A DNA stretch of 64,000 nucleotides from Candidatus Kryptoniota bacterium (GTDB lineage: Bacteria > Bacteroidota > Ignavibacteria > Kryptoniales > JAKASW01). Below are positions 39,381 to 48,267 of this stretch, piece by piece. Position 1 is the stretch's first letter. Every line of letters starts with the position of its first letter. The stretch is taken from assembly GCA_046705025.1 (NCBI GenBank), contig JBJKQU010000043.1, positions 104,961 through 168,960 on the forward strand. The letters are read 5' to 3'. Made by a program: the position numbers and the translations under genes. The notes under the pieces are model-generated. The model was not told the origin of the DNA and did not search any database. It worked only from the letters and a program-made list of their open reading frames with translations.

Positions 39381-41420
39381 ATGTTATCGAAACTAAGTGA
39401 TTGGATCGAAAAGAGGTGGCCGCTTCAGACTTTTTGGAAGACTGCTACTGAAGAAGACATCCCGGGCGGTTCCAGCTATGCCTACACGATGGGAAGTGCG
39501 ACTCTTTTTCTATTTCTTCTGCAAATAGTAACAGGCATATGGCAGCTGTTTTACTACGTGCCAACGACAGATCATGCCTACCAGAGCCTCTCTTATCTTC
39601 GGCTCGAAGTCCCGTTTGGATGGCTGATTCACGGCCTACATTTCTGGGGCGCTACAGCCATGGTAATACTGCTCGCAGCACACCTTGCCAGAGTATACAT
39701 ATGGGGTGCTTACAAGAAGCCGCGTGAGCTTACCTGGCTGCTGGGCGTATTCCTTTTTCTGTTTACAATGGCTATGAGCTTCACCGGTGCCGCCCTTCCG
39801 TGGGACGAGACAGGCTACTGGGCGTCTGAGGTGGGCACCAGCATAGCCGGTACTACTCCAGTGATCGGCAGCCTTGCGGAAAACATTCTCCGCGGTGGAG
39901 CTCAAATGACACAGCTCACGCTGTCGCGTTTCTTTATCCTCCACGTAGCCATACTCCCTGCTATCCTTCTCGGTTTCATCGCTCTCCATCTTGTCGCCTT
40001 CCGGCGCAACGGGAGCGTCGGCCCGTGGAAAGAGGAAAGACGTAAACGAGTCGGTCAGTTTTGGCCGGACCAGGTATTCAAGGATGCATTCGTGTTCACT
40101 TTGATTCTTCTGGTGCTGATCGGCCTCGCTGCCTTCTTAGCCCCGCCCTTCTCCGGAGCCGCAGACGCAATCGATACCACTTTCCACCCGAAGCCTGAGT
40201 GGAATTTCCTCTTCTTGTACCAGGCCATCAAAGCCTTCCAGGGACCATGGGAGCCTGTCGGTACTATAGGAATTCCCACCGTCGCTTTCATCGTACTCTT
40301 CACTTTGCCTTTCTTCGATAGAAACCGCGAACGCAATCCGCTCAAAAGGCCCGTTGCCATGATAATGGGATTTATCGTTGCCGCAGGAGTTATCACGCTG
40401 TCGATCACAGGTTACTACAGCCACCCGGGTTCACAGAAAACCGGTACCGCGGCAAAAACGGCCTCAGCCGTGATGCTCAAGACAGCAGACAAGGTGGATC
40501 CTGCTCCTTCTCCGGCTTCACAAGCTGCCCCGCTTACCGCGGCACAGAAAGCGGGTGCCAGGCAAGGCGCCCAGCTGTTCTCGAAGATGGGGTGCGCGGC
40601 CTGTCACACAGTAAACGGTGTCGGAGGGCACGTAGGACCCAACCTGTCAGGTGAAGGTTTGGCAGGACATTCGACAGCATGGCTTGCCCAGCAAATCATG
40701 GATCCTAAGTCACATGATCCGAAGACGGTAATGCCCCCGTTTACCATGTTGAATGACCCACAGGTGGATCATCTCGTTGACTACTTAATAAGCCTTCGCA
40801 ACAAGGTTGCTCCCACCGCCGAGAAGCCTACTTCGGTAGCCTCCGCTCAATCGATGTCGACCACCCCACCTCCAAATCAAAGTGTCATTCAGCTTCCGAG
40901 CGAGGTGGGCGAGCCCGGGAGGGCGGTAAATATGGTCGGAAATGTAGAACACGGGAAGAAATTGTTTGATGCCAATTGCGCCAGCTGCCACGGCCAAGCC
41001 GGCAAGGGCGGAGTGCCTAACCCCGGTTCTTACCTCGGGACAGTCCCCGCGCTGAATCCCGTACGGAAGGAACTCTTCAGCAAGGTTCCGGCTGTCTTTG
41101 CCGAAAATCTCGACCGGTTCATAGAGAATGGAGCTGTCCCGCCCGGACCTAGTCCCCAGAAGCACATGGCTGCTATGAGCATGATAGGATACGGAAAAAC
41201 CCAGTCTCTGACTCAACAGGAGATCTCAAATGTGATTGCCTACATTATGCACCTCAATGGAGTCAGCCGGGCCGAGATTCAGCATCCTGGAATACCCCCA
41301 AAGACATTCTTCTTTATATCGCTCGGAATTTTCGTGGTTCTGTGGATAATTCTCGGAATGATGCGACTGGTCTCAACGCAAGGAAAGACCAGAACGTCGG
41401 ATGACCGTAACTCAGTTTAA
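39381..41420 (+). CDS. Cytochrome b fused to two cytochrome c domains and a C-terminal TM anchor
   Basis: Heme b His motifs (GLHFWG, AHLARV, ILHV, LHLV), LPWD, PEWN; CAACH and CASCH domains separated by P/A/T-rich linkers. Confidence 0.94.
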   Translation: MLSKLSDWIEKRWPLQTFWKTATEEDIPGGSSYAYTMGSATLFLFLLQIVTGIWQLFYYVPTTDHAYQSLSYLRLEVPFGWLIHGLHFWGATAMVILLAAHLARVYIWGAYKKPRELTWLLGVFLFLFTMAMSFTGAALPWDETGYWASEVGTSIAGTTPVIGSLAENILRGGAQMTQLTLSRFFILHVAILPAILLGFIALHLVAFRRNGSVGPWKEERRKRVGQFWPDQVFKDAFVFTLILLVLIGLAAFLAPPFSGAADAIDTTFHPKPEWNFLFLYQAIKAFQGPWEPVGTIGIPTVAFIVLFTLPFFDRNRERNPLKRPVAMIMGFIVAAGVITLSITGYYSHPGSQKTGTAAKTASAVMLKTADKVDPAPSPASQAAPLTAAQKAGARQGAQLFSKMGCAACHTVNGVGGHVGPNLSGEGLAGHSTAWLAQQIMDPKSHDPKTVMPPFTMLNDPQVDHLVDYLISLRNKVAPTAEKPTSVASAQSMSTTPPPNQSVIQLPSEVGEPGRAVNMVGNVEHGKKLFDANCASCHGQAGKGGVPNPGSYLGTVPALNPVRKELFSKVPAVFAENLDRFIENGAVPPGPSPQKHMAAMSMIGYGKTQSLTQQEISNVIAYIMHLNGVSRAEIQHPGIPPKTFFFISLGIFVVLWIILGMMRLVSTQGKTRTSDDRNSV

Positions 41421-41440
41421 CTGAATATTGCAGGACAAGA

Positions 41441-41465
41441 CGTGCCTGGCCTCATGCCAGGCACG
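41441..41465. terminator. Hairpin terminator between the convergent cytochrome b gene and oxidase operon
   Basis: Perfect 10-bp stem CGTGCCTGGC-CTCAT-GCCAGGCACG followed by a pyrimidine-rich tail. Confidence 0.7.
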
Positions 41466-41705
41466 CATCCTTTTCCCTCCCACCCCTTGAATAGACAAGT
41501 TCTACCTTTCAGGGTGCGCATCAATCCAATCGTGCGAGAAATCCGTCATAGTTATCTTTAGACAAAGCTAAGGGGAGGGAGCATACGAAACACCCGTGGA
41601 GGCATTGTGGCACAAACATCGTATCAGGAATCGGAGCTTCGCACTTGCCTGAAGGACCGCCTTGCCCCCCGTTCGAGATTCTGTCAGCCGAACTTTCATA
41701 AGACC

Positions 41706-43091
41706 CTATTGTGAGTAGGTCACGGTCCCGTTCTTCTTCTCAGCGAGGTAAACGTTCATGATATACTCGGCGACAGCGTGAACTTGTGCCCGGTTCAATC
41801 CCTGTTTGGGCATCGGCGGATATCCTTTCAAAATAGGTGTCGGATTCATAATGAAGGCCTCAAGGTCGTTCATCTTCCCGACATAGTCCGGAAGGACCAT
41901 ATTGTAAGGAGGGCCCACAAGTTTTGTGTTGAACTTATGACATGCGCCGCACGTGTGCGTGTAGATCTCTTTCCCGCTGATCTTCTCCGTCGATACCGTC
42001 GGGAGATTCGCCAACATTTTATTATAGTTGCTGGTTAGGAGTTGATAGTGTGACGAATTAGACTCGCTGAACGAGACTCCGTTACGCGCCATCCATGCAC
42101 CCACCATGACAACGACTCCGACGAAAGCGTATGTACCGAAATTCAGCCTGGTCCGTTTCAGCATCGAGTAGAAGAAGTGAAGGAGGACGAAGACAACCAC
42201 GAGGGCCAGAGCTCCCAACCCGAAGACTACTCCCGCAAGCGCACCGGAGGGAATCTCTGCAAGGTCCAGGAAAATCAGCAGCGGCTGTGCCAAAACAAAG
42301 ATGAGGGCTGTCATAACTGAGAACCGCTTGACAAATGCCTCGTAGTGATCGTCTTCGATCCCTATGCCTCCATCCCAGATAAAGAAGAAGAAGATCGTGG
42401 CCGCAGACTCGATCACCGCTGCCGCTGTTATGAAATGAAGAAGACTGAGTATTGCCGGTCCCGAAAAGAGAATCACCAGATAGTCGGAGCTGCCGTATGC
42501 CCCGGGTCCTCCGATCGCTAGAGCAGTGCCCGCCAGAAAAACCCACGACCCCAGCCAGAGAAGCACGGTTCCGAATATTCCGGCTCGGCGCCGGGTCTGG
42601 TGTGCGGAGACTTCCATCGCGTGAAGATCTACCGAGCTTGCGGAATCGATTTCTTCCCTCTGTGATTCGCTGAGCATCGTATATGACTTGATAAATCCTT
42701 CGAGCCGGAAGCTGTACTTGTACGCAAGCAAAAACATGAACCCAAGGACAAAGAGTACCGTGCTGGCTGCCATATAATTCGTAACGGTCGCGTTTGTATT
42801 GTAAAGCAGCTGCGCGTAGATAAGGAGAACCGTTATGATCGGCAGTATCCCTAAAGCCGTGAATGCGCCTTTTCCCGGGATCGCCATGTCGATGAGATTC
42901 CTCGAGAACCTGTGGTAAATCGGATTGTTGTGCTTTCTGCCTGCACCGTTGAAATATAGCGACAAAGTTGCTCCGACGACGCAGATGCTGACATACATAA
43001 TCATCATTGTCGAGACGAAAGCAAGCAAGTAGTACAGAAGAGTAAGGCGCTCGCCGGATTCCGGAATTACAAGATTGTTGAGGAAATGCAT
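41706..43091 (-). CDS. Polytopic membrane protein with C-terminal monoheme cytochrome c
   Basis: About nine TM segments, then CGACH..LVGP..PPMP class I cytochrome c domain; last gene of the oxidase operon. Confidence 0.85.
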   Translation of the reverse strand: MHFLNNLVIPESGERLTLLYYLLAFVSTMMIMYVSICVVGATLSLYFNGAGRKHNNPIYHRFSRNLIDMAIPGKGAFTALGILPIITVLLIYAQLLYNTNATVTNYMAASTVLFVLGFMFLLAYKYSFRLEGFIKSYTMLSESQREEIDSASSVDLHAMEVSAHQTRRRAGIFGTVLLWLGSWVFLAGTALAIGGPGAYGSSDYLVILFSGPAILSLLHFITAAAVIESAATIFFFFIWDGGIGIEDDHYEAFVKRFSVMTALIFVLAQPLLIFLDLAEIPSGALAGVVFGLGALALVVVFVLLHFFYSMLKRTRLNFGTYAFVGVVVMVGAWMARNGVSFSESNSSHYQLLTSNYNKMLANLPTVSTEKISGKEIYTHTCGACHKFNTKLVGPPYNMVLPDYVGKMNDLEAFIMNPTPILKGYPPMPKQGLNRAQVHAVAEYIMNVYLAEKKNGTVTYSQ

Positions 43092-43095
43092 CGTG

Positions 43096-44109
43096 CTAGA
43101 ACCTCCATGGTGAGATCAGGTTGAGAAGCGCAGCGACCAGTATGACAACGGTAACTGCCAGAACATAAACGTTAATCTTCATGAACGCGGCTTTATACAC
43201 CTTTTTGTTGCCGTGATCCCTGACAATACCCACAGTGCTCAGGGCCAACCAAATGCCCAATCCCACGACGATTCCTGCAGCACCTGTCCCCCGGACGACA
43301 CCTGTAGTCAAGAAGAGTCCGGATAGCAATACGAGGGAGACTGTCCACGCATAAGTCGTAACAGCAAATGTCCTTTCCGACATGATTCTCTTCAGCGTAG
43401 GGAATCCCGCCCGTTCATAATCAGCTGTGTAAATGTCCATAAGCAGCCAGAAATGCGGGATTTGCCAGACGAAGAAATATAGAGAGAGGGCTATAAGCCT
43501 TGGATCCAGAATACTCCCTCCGGCGGCAGCCCAGCCGGCCATTATCGGCAGAGAACCTACAAACGATCCCGGAATAACCGCAAACGCAGTTTTCTTTTTC
43601 AAAGGAGTGTATATGCCGTTGTACCAGACAAGCGCGAGAAGTGCGAGGACAAGCGCCGGTGCATTTCCCCACACGTAGGTGACGGCGGAACCCACGACAG
43701 TCAGTGCTATTAACACTGTCAGCGCCGCGCGCGAGCTCACGATTCCCGAAGGAAGAGGACGCCGCATTGTACGGTGCATCAACCCATCCGTGAGCCGTTC
43801 CTGATAGTGGTTCAAGACTGCAGAGCCACACGCAACGAGGAAGATTCCAAGGGTAGCCATCAGCATCCTGAAGGAAATGTCGTTTGCAGCCAGGACGTAT
43901 CCGAACAAAGCGGACATGCCCACGAAGAAAGTGATCTTAATCTTGACGAGTTCCAGGAAAGCCCTCGACAGATCCTTAATGCGTTCCACATGTCCTGTGA
44001 CGGGAAGCTCCAGCGCGGCAGATCCCTCCCCGGCAATTCTTCTCAGAGGAACGCCGGGCCCGCCGACGGTTCCCGTGATCTTTCCAGTGCGATCGGAGTT
44101 AGTATTCAT
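43096..44109 (-). CDS. ctaB: Protoheme IX farnesyltransferase (heme O synthase)
   Basis: N..ER..D.LM.RT..RPLPSG, YTPLKK, WQIPHFW, DYERAG. Confidence 0.95.
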   Translation of the reverse strand: MNTNSDRTGKITGTVGGPGVPLRRIAGEGSAALELPVTGHVERIKDLSRAFLELVKIKITFFVGMSALFGYVLAANDISFRMLMATLGIFLVACGSAVLNHYQERLTDGLMHRTMRRPLPSGIVSSRAALTVLIALTVVGSAVTYVWGNAPALVLALLALVWYNGIYTPLKKKTAFAVIPGSFVGSLPIMAGWAAAGGSILDPRLIALSLYFFVWQIPHFWLLMDIYTADYERAGFPTLKRIMSERTFAVTTYAWTVSLVLLSGLFLTTGVVRGTGAAGIVVGLGIWLALSTVGIVRDHGNKKVYKAAFMKINVYVLAVTVVILVAALLNLISPWRF

Positions 44110-44127
44110 TTGGGCCTCTGTCCCTTA

Positions 44128-44784
44128 TCAGAAATACGTCGTCTTGTACTTATCGGCAACTTCGGGCATCGATGTGCTGCTAGAGCCAAGCCAGGAGTCG
44201 AATACACTGTCCGGAAGGACAACCATCTTCGTCCTCATGTTGGCATGGCCGAACCCGCAATACTTGGCGCAGAGTATATCGTAATCACCCAGCTTCTCCG
44301 GATAAAGCATCATGTGACGCACCCTGTCCGGGAGCGCATCCTGCTTCTCTCTGAAAGCGGGCAAATAAAAGCTGTGGATGACGTCAAGTGATTCTATTAA
44401 ACACTCCAACGGTCTTCCCTGTGGGACGTAGAGGGTGTCGGTGCGTTTGCCGTTCTGATACTCGAAGGACCACTTCCATTGTTGGGCAAAGACTCTGACG
44501 GGCAGAGAATTCTTCGGGATGACGTTCATTTGTGCGTATGCCACCCACCCGTAGTAGAACATCACGAGCACGAGCAGCGTCGGAACAACGGTCCAGATTA
44601 CCTCGAGCGCGACGTTGTTCGGGATACTCGTCGCGACGGGATGCCTCTTGTGATTGTACTTGAAGACGAAGAGCAGCATGAAGAATATGACGATCAAGAA
44701 CAGAACAATTGACGCGATCACCATGAATCTCATGTCGTCGTCCACGGCCTGAGCGTGATTCAATGCGTATGGCAGCAATCTCAT
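44128..44784 (-). CDS. coxB: Cytochrome c oxidase subunit II (CuA), no fused cytochrome c
   Basis: Two TM segments, LEVIWT, QQWKW, DVIHSF, CAKYCGFGHANM. Confidence 0.95.
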   Translation of the reverse strand: MRLLPYALNHAQAVDDDMRFMVIASIVLFLIVIFFMLLFVFKYNHKRHPVATSIPNNVALEVIWTVVPTLLVLVMFYYGWVAYAQMNVIPKNSLPVRVFAQQWKWSFEYQNGKRTDTLYVPQGRPLECLIESLDVIHSFYLPAFREKQDALPDRVRHMMLYPEKLGDYDILCAKYCGFGHANMRTKMVVLPDSVFDSWLGSSSTSMPEVADKYKTTYF

Positions 44785-44793
44785 TTGTTACAC

Positions 44794-45093
44794 CTATCTC
44801 CTGAAATAAACGTCTGCAAAAGTGAGGAAAAAGATCACGAACAGGGTACTCCCCGCAATGACGAGAAATACCTTAAAGATTCTATCTCCGAACTTCACAT
44901 GCATGAAGACATTAACCACAAGGGATGACTTCACCGCAGCAATCAGCAAAGCAATGATCAATGTGAATGCTGCCAGGTTGATGCCCGCAACAACGGCGGT
45001 AATCGCCGTGAGCGCCATAAGCGCCAACCATACGAGCACATAGATGCCGAATGTTATCGGTGCCTCGTGCTCTTCAGTCTCGGTTTCTTTCAT
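44794..45093 (-). CDS. coxD: Cytochrome c oxidase subunit IV
   Basis: Three TM segments, K..LV...FMHVK motif. Confidence 0.92.
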   Translation of the reverse strand: MKETETEEHEAPITFGIYVLVWLALMALTAITAVVAGINLAAFTLIIALLIAAVKSSLVVNVFMHVKFGDRIFKVFLVIAGSTLFVIFFLTFADVYFRR

Positions 45094-45104
45094 TGTCTTC
45101 TCCC

Positions 45105-45749
45105 TCAGTTAACCAGGTAGAATAGCGGGAACAGGAATATCCAGATAATGTCGATCAGGTGCCAGTACAGGCCTGCCGCTTCAAGCCTTACCGAATCTTG
45201 CTGGTTAATCTTTCCCTTTAGAATGAATATGAGCATGGTTGTCAGGAGGCCGCATCCCACCAGCACGTGGAGGCCGTGCAGGCCTGTCATCAGGTAGTAC
45301 ATGGCGAAGAAGAGCTCGAATCCCCTCGGATGCTGAAAGAGTTTGGCAGAGCCGGGATAAATGCCGTCGGCTATCTCCGTCGACCATTCCGCATACTTGA
45401 TAACCAGGAAGCCAAGTCCTAAAGCTATCGTAGAGGAGAGGAAAGTAACGGAGAGCCACTTCTTCCCTCTTTCAATAGCGGTGATAGAAAGAGCCATGGT
45501 AAGACTGCTCGTCAGCAGCACCATCGTGTTTACGGTGCCGTACATCGTGTGGGTTTCCATCGCGGCTTGGTGGAACTCCTTCGTATAGAAATATCGATAC
45601 GCGGAATATAGCAGGAACATTCCGCTGAAGAGAAGCAGCTCGGTCATGAGGAACAGCCACATCCCCATTTTTATTCCCTTTACATCCTTGGCGGGATGCT
45701 CTTCGTGCCGGAGCGGCTCAGCCCTTTCGGGCAACGACAATTCACTCAC
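45105..45749 (-). CDS. coxC: Cytochrome c oxidase subunit III (short form)
   Basis: GMWLFLMTE, NTMVLLTSS, TGLHGLHV, LYWHLIDIIW. Confidence 0.96.
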   Translation of the reverse strand: MSELSLPERAEPLRHEEHPAKDVKGIKMGMWLFLMTELLLFSGMFLLYSAYRYFYTKEFHQAAMETHTMYGTVNTMVLLTSSLTMALSITAIERGKKWLSVTFLSSTIALGLGFLVIKYAEWSTEIADGIYPGSAKLFQHPRGFELFFAMYYLMTGLHGLHVLVGCGLLTTMLIFILKGKINQQDSVRLEAAGLYWHLIDIIWIFLFPLFYLVN

Positions 45750-47397
45750 TTCGTTAACGCCTCCTCGTGGTAATACGGCTCATGGGTGATAACAGGTTCT
45801 ACTTCGAAATTTTCATGTGCGGGCGGCGACGGGATGGTCCATTCAAGCGTGGTACCACCCCATGGATTCTTTCCGATGCGCGGCCCTTTCATCATCCCGT
45901 GAATGAGATTGACGAACATCACGATAAGCGCCGGCACCAGAATCCAGGACCCGATGATGCTGATTCGCTGAAGTGTTTCAAAGTGCAATGGGTAGGTGTA
46001 GTATCTCCGCGGCATCCCTTCGTATCCCATGATGAACATCGGGAAATAAAGCAGATTGAATCCGATAAACATTACAAGGAGTGCCCAGCTGGCCAGCTTC
46101 TTGCTGTACATTCGGCCCGACATTTTGGGAAGCCAGTAGTGGAGCGCGCCGAAAAAGATGAACATACCACCGCCGAAAATGATGTAGTGAAAATGAGCGA
46201 CTACAAAATATGTAGACGTGAGGTGGACGTCGGTAGCCAGCGAACCCAGGACGAGACCGCTCAGTCCTCCGATGGAGAAAAGCGCCATAAAGGCCATAAC
46301 GAAGAGAAAGGGAGGCTGCGGATCAATCGACCCCTTGTACATGGAGGCGACCCAGTTGAATACTTTTATGCCGCTCGGAATTGCGACCATAAACGTCAGG
46401 AAAGAAAAGATCATATCCGCCTGCTGAGACATCCCGGCTACAAACATGTGGTGTCCCCATACAAGGTAACCTATGAAGGCAATAGCCAGGCTGGACATCG
46501 CTATCATTTTGTATCCGAATATCGTTCGGTGACTGAAGGTTGCGATAATTTCCGAAACTATTCCCATCGGCGGCAGTATCATTATGTAGACCGCAGGGTG
46601 CGAATATATCCAAAAGAGGTGCTGGTACATGACAGGATCACCTCCGGCGGCCGCATTGAAAATTCCGACTCCGAATATGCGGGATATCATAATGAGCATA
46701 AGCGTGATTGCGAGAACCGGCGTAGCGATAATCTGTACCCACGCCGTCGCGTAAAGAGCCCACACAAACAGCGGCATCTTGAACCACGTCATGCCTGGAG
46801 CTCTCAGCCTGTGGATCGTGGTGAGGAAGTTGATGCCGGTGAGAATCGATGAGAAACCGACGATGAAAACTCCCCACACGGCAATCGTTACTCCCGTTGT
46901 CGTATTCAGACTGTAAGGAACGTAGAAGGTCCATCCAGTGTGTCCGGAAGTCCATTGATGAACAGGGAAAGAAGAATCACGATTGCGCCTGTTACGTAGA
47001 GATACCACGAGAAAAGATTCAGTCTCGGAAACGCCACGTCTTTCGCCCCGATCTGCAAAGGCAGGAAGAAATTCCCCAAGGTCACGGGAATTCCGGGGAT
47101 GACAACGAGAAACATCATTATGACCCCGTGAAGCGTGAACATAGCGTTGTAAACCTGAGCACCGACAAGCTTGCCGCCCGGGGTCAGCATCTCAAGACGC
47201 ATCAAGACACCGAGCACTACTCCGACGGAGAAGAAACTGAACAGGACCACCATGTACATGATGCCGATGCGCTTGTGGTCGGTAGAAAGCAGCCATGCCG
47301 CCAGGCCCTTGTGCTTCCCCGTATTTTCCAGATAGCTACCTTTTATGACGGACGACTCCGTCGGCGGAATTGCCTCTGGTAGAGCGATCTCAGCCAT
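45746..47397 (-). pseudogene. coxA: Cytochrome c oxidase subunit I (A2 type), split by a 2-bp frameshift near 46940; real lesion or assembly error
   Basis: 5' ORF has STDHKRIG, FTLHG, DVAFPRLN; 3' ORF has GWTFY, WIYSHPAVY, WGHHM, AHFHY, MPRRY. Removing 2 nt from 1652 nt gives 550 codons. Confidence 0.92.
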
Positions 47398-47400
47398 TTC

Positions 47401-48225
47401 TCAGTTTCCTCCTCTGGCGTGTTTGAGTTTTTTCGTCCTCCACAGGAACACACCGACTCCCAGCAGGAAGATTGTGGTTCCCCAACCGACCACTTCCAGA
47501 GTATCGAGTCCATAACCCTTCTCAGAGGGATCGTAACTGAAACACATCTTCAGTACCGTCCCTATGATTGGAGCAAACTTGTTTTGCTTAGCGTTCAGAA
47601 TCGCCATTTCGACATCGATCGCGTTAAAGGTCGTTCCGTATATGTACCTTGTGATTTTCCCTTCTTTGCTGACAAAGATGAGTGCAGTCGGATGCGTGAA
47701 TGTCTTGCCGTCTTTATTCCTGATGAAGTAGAATCCCAGTTCGTTTGTAAGCTTGTAAATATTCGCGCTGTCACCGGTCAGGAATCTCCATGCATCCGAA
47801 GGGAATGGACGATTCATCATACCGACGAAAGAACCTTTTTTTTGACGCGCGCGGGCCGGTGTATCGGTGGTGTCAAAACTGATGGTCGCCACCCTGTAAT
47901 CTTTGCCTGGAGCGTCGCTGATCTTTTCGAGAACATCCTGAACGCCGCCAAAGACCGCGTCGCAAATGCCCGGACACGTATAATATGCCATGTCTATTAT
48001 GAGAGGTTTCCCGTCGGACAAATCGGCAAGGGTCATCCGTTTTCCATTCGAGTCGATGAAACTCAAGTTCATATCTATTTTTTTGCCGAGGTGCTGGACA
48101 ATGCCGACGGCCGGATGGCTCGCGTCCTCTGCCGATGCAAACGGAGGGGACCCTGTTAACATGAACATGACAGCGGAACTGAAAACTGCAATTACTAACG
48201 GATTAATAACTCTCTTCATCTTCAT
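47401..48225 (-). CDS. SCO-family copper chaperone
   Basis: Signal peptide, YYTCPGIC (CxxxC), WRFLTG, FTHP, C-terminal TM; start uncertain. Confidence 0.92.
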   Translation of the reverse strand: MKMKRVINPLVIAVFSSAVMFMLTGSPPFASAEDASHPAVGIVQHLGKKIDMNLSFIDSNGKRMTLADLSDGKPLIIDMAYYTCPGICDAVFGGVQDVLEKISDAPGKDYRVATISFDTTDTPARARQKKGSFVGMMNRPFPSDAWRFLTGDSANIYKLTNELGFYFIRNKDGKTFTHPTALIFVSKEGKITRYIYGTTFNAIDVEMAILNAKQNKFAPIIGTVLKMCFSYDPSEKGYGLDTLEVVGWGTTIFLLGVGVFLWRTKKLKHARGGN

Positions 48226-48267
48226 TCTCCCAATATACTTCGTACTCAAACCTCCAAAAGGGATTGT

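Noticed and set aside
45767-46852. 361-aa plus-strand ORF (also 47419-48159, 60118-60843, 62425-63168)
   Set aside because: Antisense shadows of well-conserved genes; no protein motifs.
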